Shown: positions 52,801 through 64,000 of the stretch, one piece after another | Layout: each line of letters opens with the position of its first letter | How positions within the stretch are numbered: position 1 is the stretch's first letter | NCBI GenBank assembly: GCA_023213395.1 | Contig: CM041465.1 | Coordinates: 124,069,741 to 124,133,740, forward strand | Length of the DNA: 64,000 bases | Origin: Cycas panzhihuaensis | Lineage: Eukaryota; Plantae; Cycadophyta | Reading direction: 5' to 3' | Position numbers and translations under genes: made by a program | Notes under the pieces: model-generated | What the model was told of the DNA's origin: nothing | Database searches by the model: none | The model's input: the letters and a program-made list of their open reading frames with translations, nothing else

Positions 52801-55687
52801 CTGATGAAGTACATCCAAACTTTATGTCAAAAATCATCGATGAAGGTGATGTAATACAAAGCTCCTCTAAGCATGGGTTCATATAAATCTATATGGATTA
52901 GCTGTAAGGGTTGCAATGTATGCCATGAATTGCCTTTAGGAAAAAGTTGTCTATGCTGAGTCCCCATAATACATGCTTCACAAAGACACTTTGAGGCAAT
53001 TATCTTAGGAAGCACATACACCATGTTTTTACGGAACATCATCTTGATATTTTCTAGGATTAAGTGGCCTAGTCTATTATGCCAAAGCTGATCTTTTGAC
53101 ATAGATTGGGGACAGAATAGGCAGGTGTTATATCAAGTGTTACGTTTGATGCATCCAATTTGTAAAGTCCATGGTCCTCATGACCAATGACTACCACTTG
53201 ATCATTTTTGTCACTAATTGCATTTTCCACCTCTAAATAAAATACTTATTTGTTGTTTGTCCAACTGACTAACAGATAAGAGGTTTTTCTCTATTGAAGG
53301 TATCAGATAGGCATCTCCAATGGGAAATGTGGAAGTAGGGTTGTTAGGTGAATGAAATGAGGCAATTTTGCCTATACCAAAAATCTCAACAGATTCATTA
53401 TTACCAAATGTAATAGATTGGCCTCTTACTTCTTTGACGTTGTAAAGTAATTCTTCATTGTCAGTCATATGCTGAGATGCCCTAAATCAATTGTCCAAGT
53501 GTTATCACTTCCACATTTATGATAAGCACAAAACATTTTATCTTCATCTGCAAATTGGTTTGAGTGGTGTTGGTTGCCACTTCTAAAGCCCCCCCTTCCT
53601 CTTTGACCTCCTCGAAATCCATCTCGATTTGGTATAGGGGGTGGTTGCTGCTACAGTTGCTACTAAAATTGTTATTGACAAGGCAATTGTTGTTGTTGTT
53701 GCTGTTGACGTTGCTGCTGGAATTGATGCTATTGTTGCAAATCTAATTGCTTCTTTCTACATTCTGGAGCTATGTGGCCCACCTTGCCATAATAATGACA
53801 TATTACATTAGTTTTAGATGTTCCAATGTTCATGTTCCCAAACTGTTTTTGAAGTGATTGTTTGGGACTCTATTTGGCCTTGAACTTAACCGTGAATACT
53901 CCTGAAGTTGATGGTTCTTCTTACCGCAAGTAAATTTGTTCTTCTTGAAGAAAGAGACTCTCAAGCTTATTGAAAGCGAAAGTAGCCAATGTACTGTCTC
54001 TTGTAATTGATGAGATGAATCCATTATATTCCTTTGGCAAAGCATGCAAAGTTGAAGTTACAAATTCATCTCTAGAAACTAGTTTACTAAGAGTATTTAA
54101 CTCATTACAAATCTCTTTGATAATAAATAAGAATGCCGACATGGGTTTTACAAATTTCAAAGAATACAACTTTTCTTTGATCATCATGATATGACCCTCA
54201 TCTTGCCTTTCATCCAATGAAGACAAAGTATCCAAAGCTTCTTTTGATGTTTTAGCACATGCAATATTTTGGTCTACATTCACATCAATAATCATATGCA
54301 AAAATGCTAAGACAATCTCATCCTTAGCCTCCTAAGCAGCAACTAAAATAGGATCAAGAGGAAGAAGCACAGTATTATCAGTTGGAAGGTGGAACTTAAG
54401 CGACAAAAACTTTGAGTTTCCAAGTCATTTGTTAGTTTCAAGACCTTTTGATAAATTTAAACATTGTGGCACATAAGTGAATAGTTGATCGATGAGAACT
54501 CAATGCATGAAGATCGAATTGCCATGTAACTTTAGAGGCAGGGACATGCACGTAGATTAAAGATACGTCTAAATTTTTAGGAGTAACTTTGTATGAGGGG
54601 ATCAAACCACAAACGCAATTGGAAGGGTGCACGACCATGTGAACTTGAACAACTATCGTACTCCAGTCAAGGGTTTAAAACCTTGTTGAAATGCTTCAAA
54701 ACTCTTCTCCAGAGTCAATACCACCTGTAGAAAGTGAGAAAGCAAGCCTGCACTGATAGATCTAGAAGAAACAAATATTTTTTATTTAAAAAAATTTGCC
54801 TAGAATGAAGAAATCTGCCCAATGTGAAAAGATATCTCTTTGCATGTGAGGTGCAGGCAAAGAGAGATGAATATGGAACTAATTCTCAATCAAAAAACAA
54901 GGATACTTCAGAGATCTATATCAATAAACCTACAAAAATTATTTTTTTATTACAAAAAATCAAGAAAAAACACTGATTTTAGTAATATTTTATTGTCGCA
55001 CCTAACGAAAAGAGCTTGGAAATATTGGTGAAAAAATAAAAAAAGATGACCAAACTAAACCTTGGATTACCTTCAGAGAGCGAAGGTCGTCACCAAGGGT
55101 TCGGAACCCTCTCACAAACCAAAAAAAGTAGCAAAAAAGCTCCTCTCACAAGGCTCTGATACCAAATGTTGAGAATGGGGCATTAAACCTATGGCCTTTA
55201 GGATCTAAAAGAGAGAAAAGATTGCTATGAGAATGAAGTTGACTAGTATCTAATCAAGCTAGCATGGAGATGAGCACTGTGAGTAAACATAAGCATGAGG
55301 ACACAAAATATGGAAGAGAAGGAATTGATCCAACTCTAAATAAATAAGAAGCTTATATTAACCAAGAATAGTAGCATAACACTATAACACTCACTGTTAT
55401 AAAATACATGAAGAATGGTCTCAATATATAGAGACTCAGGAGTGTTGCATGTGACGAATGTCAAACATGCAAGCATAGTTAGTTGCATGTGAGACAAGTG
55501 TCCCTTAAAGCTCTTTTATAAGCGTAAGTGTAGGAGGGTACATTAACCCTCAAGTTACAATATTGTGCAACTAGAAATAAAGTGGGTGTGTACTTTATCA
55601 TTTTAAGTGATGTCACACTAACATAAAGTACATTAATAAAACATTATAAAGTACATCACTTTAACATTTAAACATAAAGGTTTATCA
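49810..55687 (-). mobile_element. Full-length decayed Ty1/copia element H
   Basis: LTRs 49810-50332 and 55167-55687; TSD ACACG/ACATG; PBS TGGTATCAGAGC (55153-55164); G-rich PPT at ~50336-50356; gag-PR-INT-RT-RH fragments on the minus strand. Confidence 0.95.
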
Positions 55688-55696
55688 ACATGTTAT

Positions 55697-58600
55697 TGTT
55701 AGAATGGGCCAAATGGCCTCATAGGTCCAAGATCATAACAAAAGACAAAAGCATACATGCATTAAGCATAAACACAGAGAGAAAGAGGAGCAAGACTAAG
55801 ATACCAAGTATGTGGTGTTGGAATTGGTCCAACCACCAAAGAATGCTCAGCTTGATTAGCAAACTAACAAAATAACAAAGTAGCTCCAACTCTTAATGAG
55901 AAACAATGAAGAGAGGCCTCATTAAATAGAGGGAGGTGAGAGGCCAAAGGCTATTGCATGATTGACAAGTGTCAATCATGCAATGCATGCTTGCATGAAG
56001 GACAAGTGTCCATTGGGAGCTCTAGTGAGCAAAAGTGCAAGGGGGTCATTTAACCCTCAAGTGAAAACGTTATGTCACTAGACATTAAGTGGGTGTGTAC
56101 TTTATCACTTAAGTGATAAAGTCACCCCTAAAGTACAAAAGTGCACGTAATACATTAAAGTGCACATAATACATAAACATAAAGTACATAAAGCTTAACA
56201 TGTAAACATAAGGTAAACATAAGGTTTAACACCCCCCCCTTATTGTTGTTAAGTCGGACCCCTAGACCATCTCTAAATTTTACAAATTTCTCTCTACCAA
56301 GTGGCTTGGTAAAGATGTCTGCTGCTCTGTTGGTCGATACTGAAGATTGATCTCACCACTGTGTACATACTCTCTAATGAAATGGTGATGAACTTCAATA
56401 TGCTTGGTCCGTGCATGAAAGACGAGATTCTTAGTTAGCTTGAGCACACTCTGATTGTCACAATGAATGTTGGTAAGCTGATCCTGCTCAAGTCCAAGTT
56501 CCCCAAGAATCCGTCATAGCCAGATAGCCTCAGTCGCTACCGATCGCAATTTTGTACTGCTCAGTGGAAGACAAGGTAATATTTGGTTGCTTCTTGCAAC
56601 TCCATGAAACAGCTGCTGAACCAAGGGTGAAACAGTAACCCGAGGTTGATCTCCTACTATCCTGGCATCCTTCCCAATCGTAATCGAGAACCCTTCCAAA
56701 GTGAAGTTCTCATTATGTGCATACTCAAGGCCAAGCTGTAATGTACCTTTGATGTACTTGAGTATGCATTTTGCTGCCTTCCAATGCTTCTGATTGGGTT
56801 GAGACATGAATCGAGAACAAATCCCAATCAAGAAATGAAATGTCGGACGAGTGTTGGTAAGATAGATGAGACTACCAATCAACCGCCAGAAAGAGTGGGA
56901 TCTGCGGGTTCAGCTTCCTCATTAAGAGTAAGCTTGGTTCCATTCTCCATGGGTGTAGGCGCTGTCTTGCAGTCATGCATCCTGAACCTCTGCAAGATGT
57001 CCTAAGAATATTTTGCTTGGGAGATGAAGATATAGCCTCGCTGTTACCATACCTCAAAGCCTAAAAAATAATGGAGAAGTCCAAGATCAGTCATCTCGAA
57101 ACTTCTCTTCAAATCATCCTGGAGAATCTTTATGAGCTTAGTGTCATCACCAGTGATCACTAAGTCATCTACATACAAGGCAATATAAGTGACATGGTTT
57201 TGTTCATGTTTGATGTACAAAGTAGGATTTGAAATAGATCGATGAAACCCATGTCTCAAGAAGTAGTCATCGATTTTTGAATACCATGCCCTAAGAGCTT
57301 GTTTCAAGCCATACAAAGCCTTTTTGAGGCGACACACTAGATGCTCCTTGCCTTGTTCTTTATAACCATGAGGTTGCTCCAAGTATACCTCCTCTTGAAG
57401 ATCGCCATTAAGAAATGCGCTCTTCACGTCCATCTGATAAACTGGCCATTTGCATTGTGCTGCTAAGGCCAAAAGGAGTCTGATGGTGTTCATATTCGCC
57501 ATTGGTGCAAAGGTTTCCTCATAATCAATGCCTTCCTTTTGTTTGAATCCCTTTGCCATAAGGCGTGCCTTCTGATGCTTAAGTGTACCATCAGAATGAA
57601 ATTTGGTCTTATAGACCCATTTACAATTGATTGCTTGTTTATGTGGAGGCAATTCGACCAAATCCCATGTGCCATTCTTGTGAATAGAATAGATCTCCTC
57701 ATCCATGGCAACTTTTCAATTGTCATTTTTTGGAGCCTCCTCAAAGGTGGAAGGCTCATCAACAGAAAGCACTTCAACCATAAGTGCAAAATTTGTTTGC
57801 TGCCTATATTTCGATGGACGTTTCCCTTCAATAATGTGACCGTCCTGCACCGTTTGAGTATACCATTTAGGTAACTTTTGAAATGAAGTAGCATGAACCT
57901 CAATGTCTTCTGGTCTAAGTGATTGATCAATGTAAGATGATGTGCTAGGTTCAAGTGGAGCGAAGATGATGAAGTGGACTACAAGAAAACAGTGCGGATG
58001 AAGTACATGGTGTAGAAGATTGAGAGGAGGAAGTCCTCAACAATCTTTTTGCCTTTATCAATGGGGGTTTGGATAGATGCCACATCCAACTCTTTCTGAT
58101 CATCTTCAACAAAGATTACATCTCTTGAGAGATGCATTTTTCTTCCAACTGGATCATACAACTTGTAGGCCTTGCTATGAATGGCATATCCTACAAAGAT
58201 GCATTTGAGACTATGCTTATGTAACTTTGTCCTTTCCTGATCAGGTATGTGCATATATGCAGTGCACCCAAATGTCCTCAAATGGCTGATAGTCAATTTC
58301 TTACCAGTCCATACCTCCTCAGGTGTAATGTTGGTGACTGCTGTAGTAGGACTCTGATTGGCCACATAGGCAGCTGTATGAAATGCTTTAGCCTAGCAAG
58401 CTCGAGGAAGTCCTTTCACATGCATCATAGTTTTGGATTTATTGGCCAAAGTTCTATTCATCCTTTCGGAGACTCCATTTTGTTGAGGAGTATGAGGAAC
58501 TGTAAATTGTCTCTGAATCCCATTATCCTTGCAGTATTGGTTGAATTCATTTGAAGTGAATTCACCTCCATTATCTGTCCTTAATGTTTCAATTGAATAG

Positions 58601-61600
58601 CCAGATTCATTTTCTACTTCAGCTTTGAATTCTTTGAACTTAGAGAATGCTTATGATTTGTGCTTTATGAAGTAGACCCAGACTTTATGAGAAAAGTCAT
58701 CAATGAAGGAGATGTAGTACAATGCTCCTCCAAATGATTGAGTGGACATGGGTCCACATAAGTCTGAGTGAATTAACTGCAAGGGATAAGATGCACGCCA
58801 AGCTTTGTTTTTAGGGAAAGGCAAACGATGCTGAGTCCCCATTATGCAAGCTTCGCAAAGACATTTTGAACCATATATCTTCGGAAGTCCATATACCATG
58901 TTCTTGTTCATCATCTGCTTCAGATTATCTAGGCTTAAGTGACCTAGACATTGATGCCACAATTGCATTTTTGACAAAGATATAGTGACCATGGAACCGT
59001 AATAAGCGTAATCAAGTGTAATGTTATTGGCATCCAATTTGTAAAGACCTTGATCCTCATATGCAACAGCTACAATCTGGTCATTTTTGTCACTAATGAT
59101 ACATTTCCCATTCTTGAATAAAACGTTCATCTGTTGCTTGTCCAACTTGCTAACAGATAGCAAACTCTTCTCCATGGAAGGAATGAAATATGCATCACTA
59201 TTGGGAAATGTGGAGGAAGGATTTTCTGAAGAGTGGAAATGAGCTATTGTGCCTATGCCTAAAATCTCGACAGATTCATTATTTCCAAAGGTTACTGATT
59301 GACCTTTACCTTCCTTAATATTGCATAGGAGTTCTTCACTTCCTGTCATATGCTGTGTAGCTCCTGAATCAACAATCCAAGTGTGATCAACCTTGGATGA
59401 GTGATATGCACAAAATAGTTTGTCTTCATTGGCAAACTGATTAAAGTGGCGTTGGTTGCCACCTCTATAACCCCCCCTTCTTCTTTGACCTCCTCGATAG
59501 GCACCTCGATTTGGTCGAGGGGGATTCTGCTACTGTTCTGGCTGTTGAAATCTCTTTTGATATTGTTGCCTTGGCTGTTGTTGTCTCTGTCCTTGAGACT
59601 GTTGCTACTATCGTTGTAGATCTGCCTACTTCTTTCTGCAATCAGGTGCAACGTAGCCAGGTTTGCCACAATAATGACATACAACATTCGACTTTGAGGA
59701 GCCAATGTTCATGTTTCCAAATTGCTTTGTGAGTGCAGGTTTGGAGATCTGGTTGGCCTTTGACTTGGCCGTGAGATCACCTGGTGTAGATGGTTCTTCA
59801 TTGTCCTTAGCATAAACCTGTTCTTCTTGAAGCAATAAGCTTTCAAGTTCATTAAATGTCATCCTCTTAAGTGAACCATCTCGTGTGGTAGATGAAATGA
59901 AGCCGTTGTAGTCCTTTGGCAATGCTTTGGTGATGGAAGTGATGAGCTCATCCCTTGTTGCAGGACTACCTAGAGTATTCAGTTCATTACATACCTCCTT
60001 AATGGAGGAAAGGAAAGCCGACATAGGCTTGACAAACTTAACAGAATACAATTTGGCTTTCACCATCAGAATGCGAGTTTCATCTCGCCTTTCATACAAT
60101 GAGGACAAAGTGTCCCAAGATTCTTTAGAAGTTTTAGCAGAAGAAATATTTTGATCCACATGCACATCCACAATCATATGAAGAAATGCCAAAGCAATCT
60201 CGTCTTTGGCTTCCCAAGCAAAGAACGCTGCTCATAATCAACATCATCCTCATCATCATTAACAAGTGCAGGATTGGGGATTCTCCCAGAAACATATCCC
60301 TAGAATTCATTCATTATCAAGAGGTTTTGTGTGATTCTTTTCCATTCTTGATAATTTCCTTGCTATTAATCTTATTGTGCATGCATTGAGCATGTTAATA
60401 GCGACCATGTTTCACTTGTATGCTTAAAGTTAGCAAATAACTTGGTAACTTCAAAGCTTTGTCGCTAAGTTCCACCTTCTAACGAAAACCACCATTCCGA
60501 TTTTATAAGAAGATCCAACGTTGAGTGGAGTGATGAGGGTGGAGGACTTGACTATTGAGTTGGTCCAAGTTAAATGTAGCAGAGGCAAGGTTTAAACCTT
60601 TTTCGAGCCTCTCCAACCATATTTTAAATTCACTTTTAAAAAGTTTTAAAGTGAATTTTTAAGATACATTTACTTGGATAATGTACTTGGCTTTGATTAA
60701 GCTTACAATGAGAGGCTTCTTAAGAAGCAAATTTAGTACATTAAATGAGCACTTGATTAAGTGTTTTAAGTGCTTTTTGAAATCCAAGTAAGATGTTGAA
60801 GTGCTTGAGTACAAAATGTAAGTACTTTGAGAGTTTAGTACTTAGTGAAAATGAAGCAAAAACTTGATGACGATTGCAAAAGTAGGTTCGTTTTAATGCT
60901 CCAAAGTTGATGTAGAGAGAGAACCACTTGCCAAAGTGTACAAAATGTACTCCAAACACCAAGTGAACGCCAAACACCAAGTTGTTGAGACTTTAAGAAT
61001 AGTCTCAACAATCCAACAGAAAGAGTGATTTTATTAAGTACAAATATCTCAGCCTCCTTTTTGAGATTTTGAAGGCTATGGGACACCATGCAAGATGCCA
61101 AAAAATCAGCTCAAATGGTGATGAATGTCACCTTTACAATATGAACATGCTTATTAACCACTTCAATTAAGCTCTTAATGCTTTTATAGCATTTAAATGA
61201 GTGCTAAAAGAGCTTAAAAAACAAAAAATGAAGGCTGAAATCAACCTTTTTTGCAACTTCGCATCAATAGAACACCGCGCAGGGAGTCTTTATAAGTACT
61301 TAAGTCATGTAACTTCAATCTTTAAAGAGAGGAGAATGACTTGGCATAAGTCATTTAATGAATCCTCTATCCACCAAGAAGATTTTAATCCTCTTAAAGT
61401 ACTAAAAAATACTTTTATGTGTCACCTGAAAATGCTTTAGAAAGGAGAATAAATCTCATTAAAAAAAAAATTCTCAAAGCATTTAAGCTTTCAACATCTT
61501 AACATGTCTCTTTAAGACATTTTCCAAGTGAAACTGAACAGCTTAAAACCTCTCTTAAGGTAATGGACCTTAATGATTAAAAAAATCCTCTTAAAAAAAA

Positions 61601-62842
61601 AATCCTTTAAAAAGAAACTTTAAGAAAAGACTTATATCAAAAAAAGCATATTCTAAAGAATATGCTAGAATGCATATAAGCAAAGTCTTTAATCTAAAAT
61701 CGAATTTGATTTTCGATTTTTGATTTATATGACGTCCGTGGGGGCGGCGGCTATCCGGCTCCAGGGTTCGTGGAAGGCGAATCGAACCTTCCAATGGGCA
61801 GCAGCCCTTTCTCCATGGATTTCCCGAGGCTGCTCCCGTGGCAGGTTCTTCCGTGGACTTTCCTTCGTGCACAGGTGCAGGGACGTGGACAGTCCCGTGC
61901 AGACTCCCGTGCCGTGCGGCTCCCATCCAGTCTTCCGTGCAGAGACGTGTGTAGAGATTCCTCCGTGTGCAGACCCGTGCAGGGACGTGGACTCCTCCTT
62001 TTCATGCGCAGGTTCCGTTAGTGCAGGACAGACTCCCGTGCATCTTCCAGTGTGCACGGCTCTGTGCAGAGAAAGATTGAGGGACAAACTCCCGTGTGCA
62101 GGCCCTGTGTGGAAGCTCCTGTCAGTGCAGTCTCAGGGACAGACTTCCGTGCAGGATTTAACCAGTGCAGGCAAAAGTGTGAGAGCTAGGCTTTAACGCA
62201 GGTTCAAGGAACAGACTTCGAAGCAAGTATGTGGAACAGCAAGCTATCAATGCAAAGGGTACCAAGCCTAAGCTCTGATACCAAATGTTAGAAAGGGCCA
62301 AATGGCCTCATAGGTCCAAGATCATAACAAAACACAAAAGCATACATGCATTAAGCATAAACACAAAGAGAGAAAGAGGAGCAAGACTAAGATACCAAGT
62401 ATGTGGTGTTGAAATTGGTCCAACCACCAAAGAATGCTCAGCTTGATTAGCAAACTGACAGAATAACAAAGTAGCTCCAACTCTTGATGAGAAACAATGA
62501 AGAGAGGCCTCATTAAATAGAGGGAGATGAGAGGCCAAAGGCTATTGCATGATTGACAAGTGTCAATCATGCAATGCATGCTTGCATGAAGGACAAGTGT
62601 CCATTGGGAGCTCTTGTGAGCAAAAGTGCAAGGGGGTCATTTTAACCCTCAAGTGACAACGTTATGTCACTAGACATAAAGTGGGTGTGTACTTTATCAC
62701 TTAAGTGATAAAGTCACCCTTAAAGTACAAAAGTGCACATAATACATTAAAGTGCATATAATACATTAAAGTGCACATAATACATAAACATAAAGTACAT
62801 AAAGCTTAACATGTAAACATAAGGTAAACATAAGGTTTAACA
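55697..62842 (-). mobile_element. Full-length Ty1/copia element I, related to H; youngest in the window
   Basis: LTRs 55697-56231 and 62286-62842 with only a few percent mismatch; TSD GTTAT/GTTAC; PBS 62272-62283; PPT 56232-56240; ORF fragments for gag (59626-60192), CHYCGKPG knuckle, INT and RT (57044-57706, YVDDL). Confidence 0.96.
61733..62200. repeat. GC-rich degenerate tandem repeat in the 5' leader of I
   Basis: Recurring CCGTGCAG / GTGCAGGGACGTGGAC / ACTCCCGTG units in an AT-rich background. Confidence 0.85.
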
Positions 62843-63836
62843 GTTACTCTATCATTATTAATGATGGATCTAGAGTTGATGCATTTCCTAAAATAACATG
62901 CAAAAAATATAATTTTTCAATCAAGTTAGCCAAGCAATACAAAGTATGACCATGATGAATTTGATTAAATATTCTAGTTACAGTAACAAGTATAACAATA
63001 AACTAGAATTTTACCATTCTTAAGATGATATATGAATTAAGACCCTATCATGCACTATTAAGTAGGCCATGGCTATGTGATATTGGAAGTTTGTTTACAA
63101 CATAGGAAGCAAGAGACAATTACACAACTGGGAAAAGGATAGTTGATGACAATACCTCTAGTGAATAAAGGTCTCTAACTCACAAAAGTTATGGATGAAG
63201 ATAATGCCTCTAACACACCTAGATCAAATGCATCCAATACCAATTTATACTATGATTATGCCTAATAGTGTAGGAGGAATAGATTATAAAGGGACCAAAC
63301 TACCCTTAAGGGCTATAATTTGGGGTCTGCAATGTTCTGCAAGATATTGGAGAGTATTGTAGCCACAAATTGGACAAATTTAAAGCTGGTTTTATGGGAA
63401 TTCCCTAGGGAATTCACACCTTAAACATAGATAGCATCCATCCATAGGGCCACCTTCTAGAGTTTCATGCAAAAAAACAAGCAATAAAAGCAAATGCTGG
63501 AAACATAGCATCCACTCACAAAGTTATCTTCTAGAGTTTCATATAGATAAACAAACAATAAAAGCAAATACTAGAGTAGAAAGTATAATATTTACTTCTT
63601 TAAGATCAAAAGACTGAATATGACAATGATATAACACTAGCAAAATACGTACAAAAGTTGTCGAACTTCCAAAGAGTGAAAATTGAGTCTTTTGCTTCCT
63701 CTGCAAGGCAAGGCATCCTCCCAAAAGGGCTCCTTAAGGCCAAAAATATGGCAAATCCAAAAGTACAAATGATGATTCTCAACTAAGGCCAAAAACACCT
63801 ATAAATAGGAGGCCAAACTACTACTTAAATAAGTCG

Positions 63837-63940
63837 GCCAAAATAACACATATGAATTAGCTAGAATAAAGATTAAGAAGTTAGCCAAAAGAACACATAT
63901 GAATTAGCTAGAATAAAGATTAAGAAGTCAGCCAGAATAA
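63837..63940. repeat. 47-bp tandem repeat (about 2.2 copies), probably in an LTR running off the window
   Basis: GCCAAAA-AACACATATGAATTAGCTAGAATAAAGATTAAGAAGT-A twice; CTATAAATAG nearby. Confidence 0.8.
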
Positions 63941-64000
63941 TAGATTAAGTTTGTCTAGAATAAACTTAATAATGTGGTCGTCCAGATTCATGTTGGAAGT

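Larger units (their letters stand above)
25730..64000 (-). other. Probable giant intron (>38 kb) of the RCC1-like gene
   Basis: The exon starts mid-RCC1-repeat at an AG acceptor; no further RCC1 exon is recognisable up to the window end. Confidence 0.65.

Noticed and set aside
61591-62196. Several overlapping ORFs (up to 158 aa)
   Set aside because: By-product of a GC-rich, stop-poor tandem repeat; no recognisable domain

Overview
Eukaryotic land-plant nuclear DNA from a large, heavily methylated genome (fern- or gymnosperm-like; the taxon cannot be fixed from sequence alone). The only host gene is the last two coding exons of a minus-strand RCC1/UVR8-like gene (25124-25471 and 25622-25729). 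Its next upstream exon is not found, so >38 kb to the window end appears to be one giant intron. Almost everything else is nested, mostly decayed LTR retrotransposons. Copia B (+, 1744-8209) sits inside Copia A (-), followed by degraded gag-only and Gypsy remnants (11-23 kb). Inside the intron are: a near-complete Athila-like Gypsy D (27603-38176) inserted in the gag of a relative C; a gag+protease-only element E; an LTR fragment F; Copia G; and two related full-length Copia elements H and I only 9 bp apart. The most unusual signals are: (1) two extra tandem capsid-like (Gag) domains in frame between protease and RT of element D; (2) conserved hairpins and U5/pre-PPT complementarity shared by D and F; (3) a segment present in opposite orientation in the gag 5' regions of H and I. 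All domain calls are by eye from motifs; no database searches were run.
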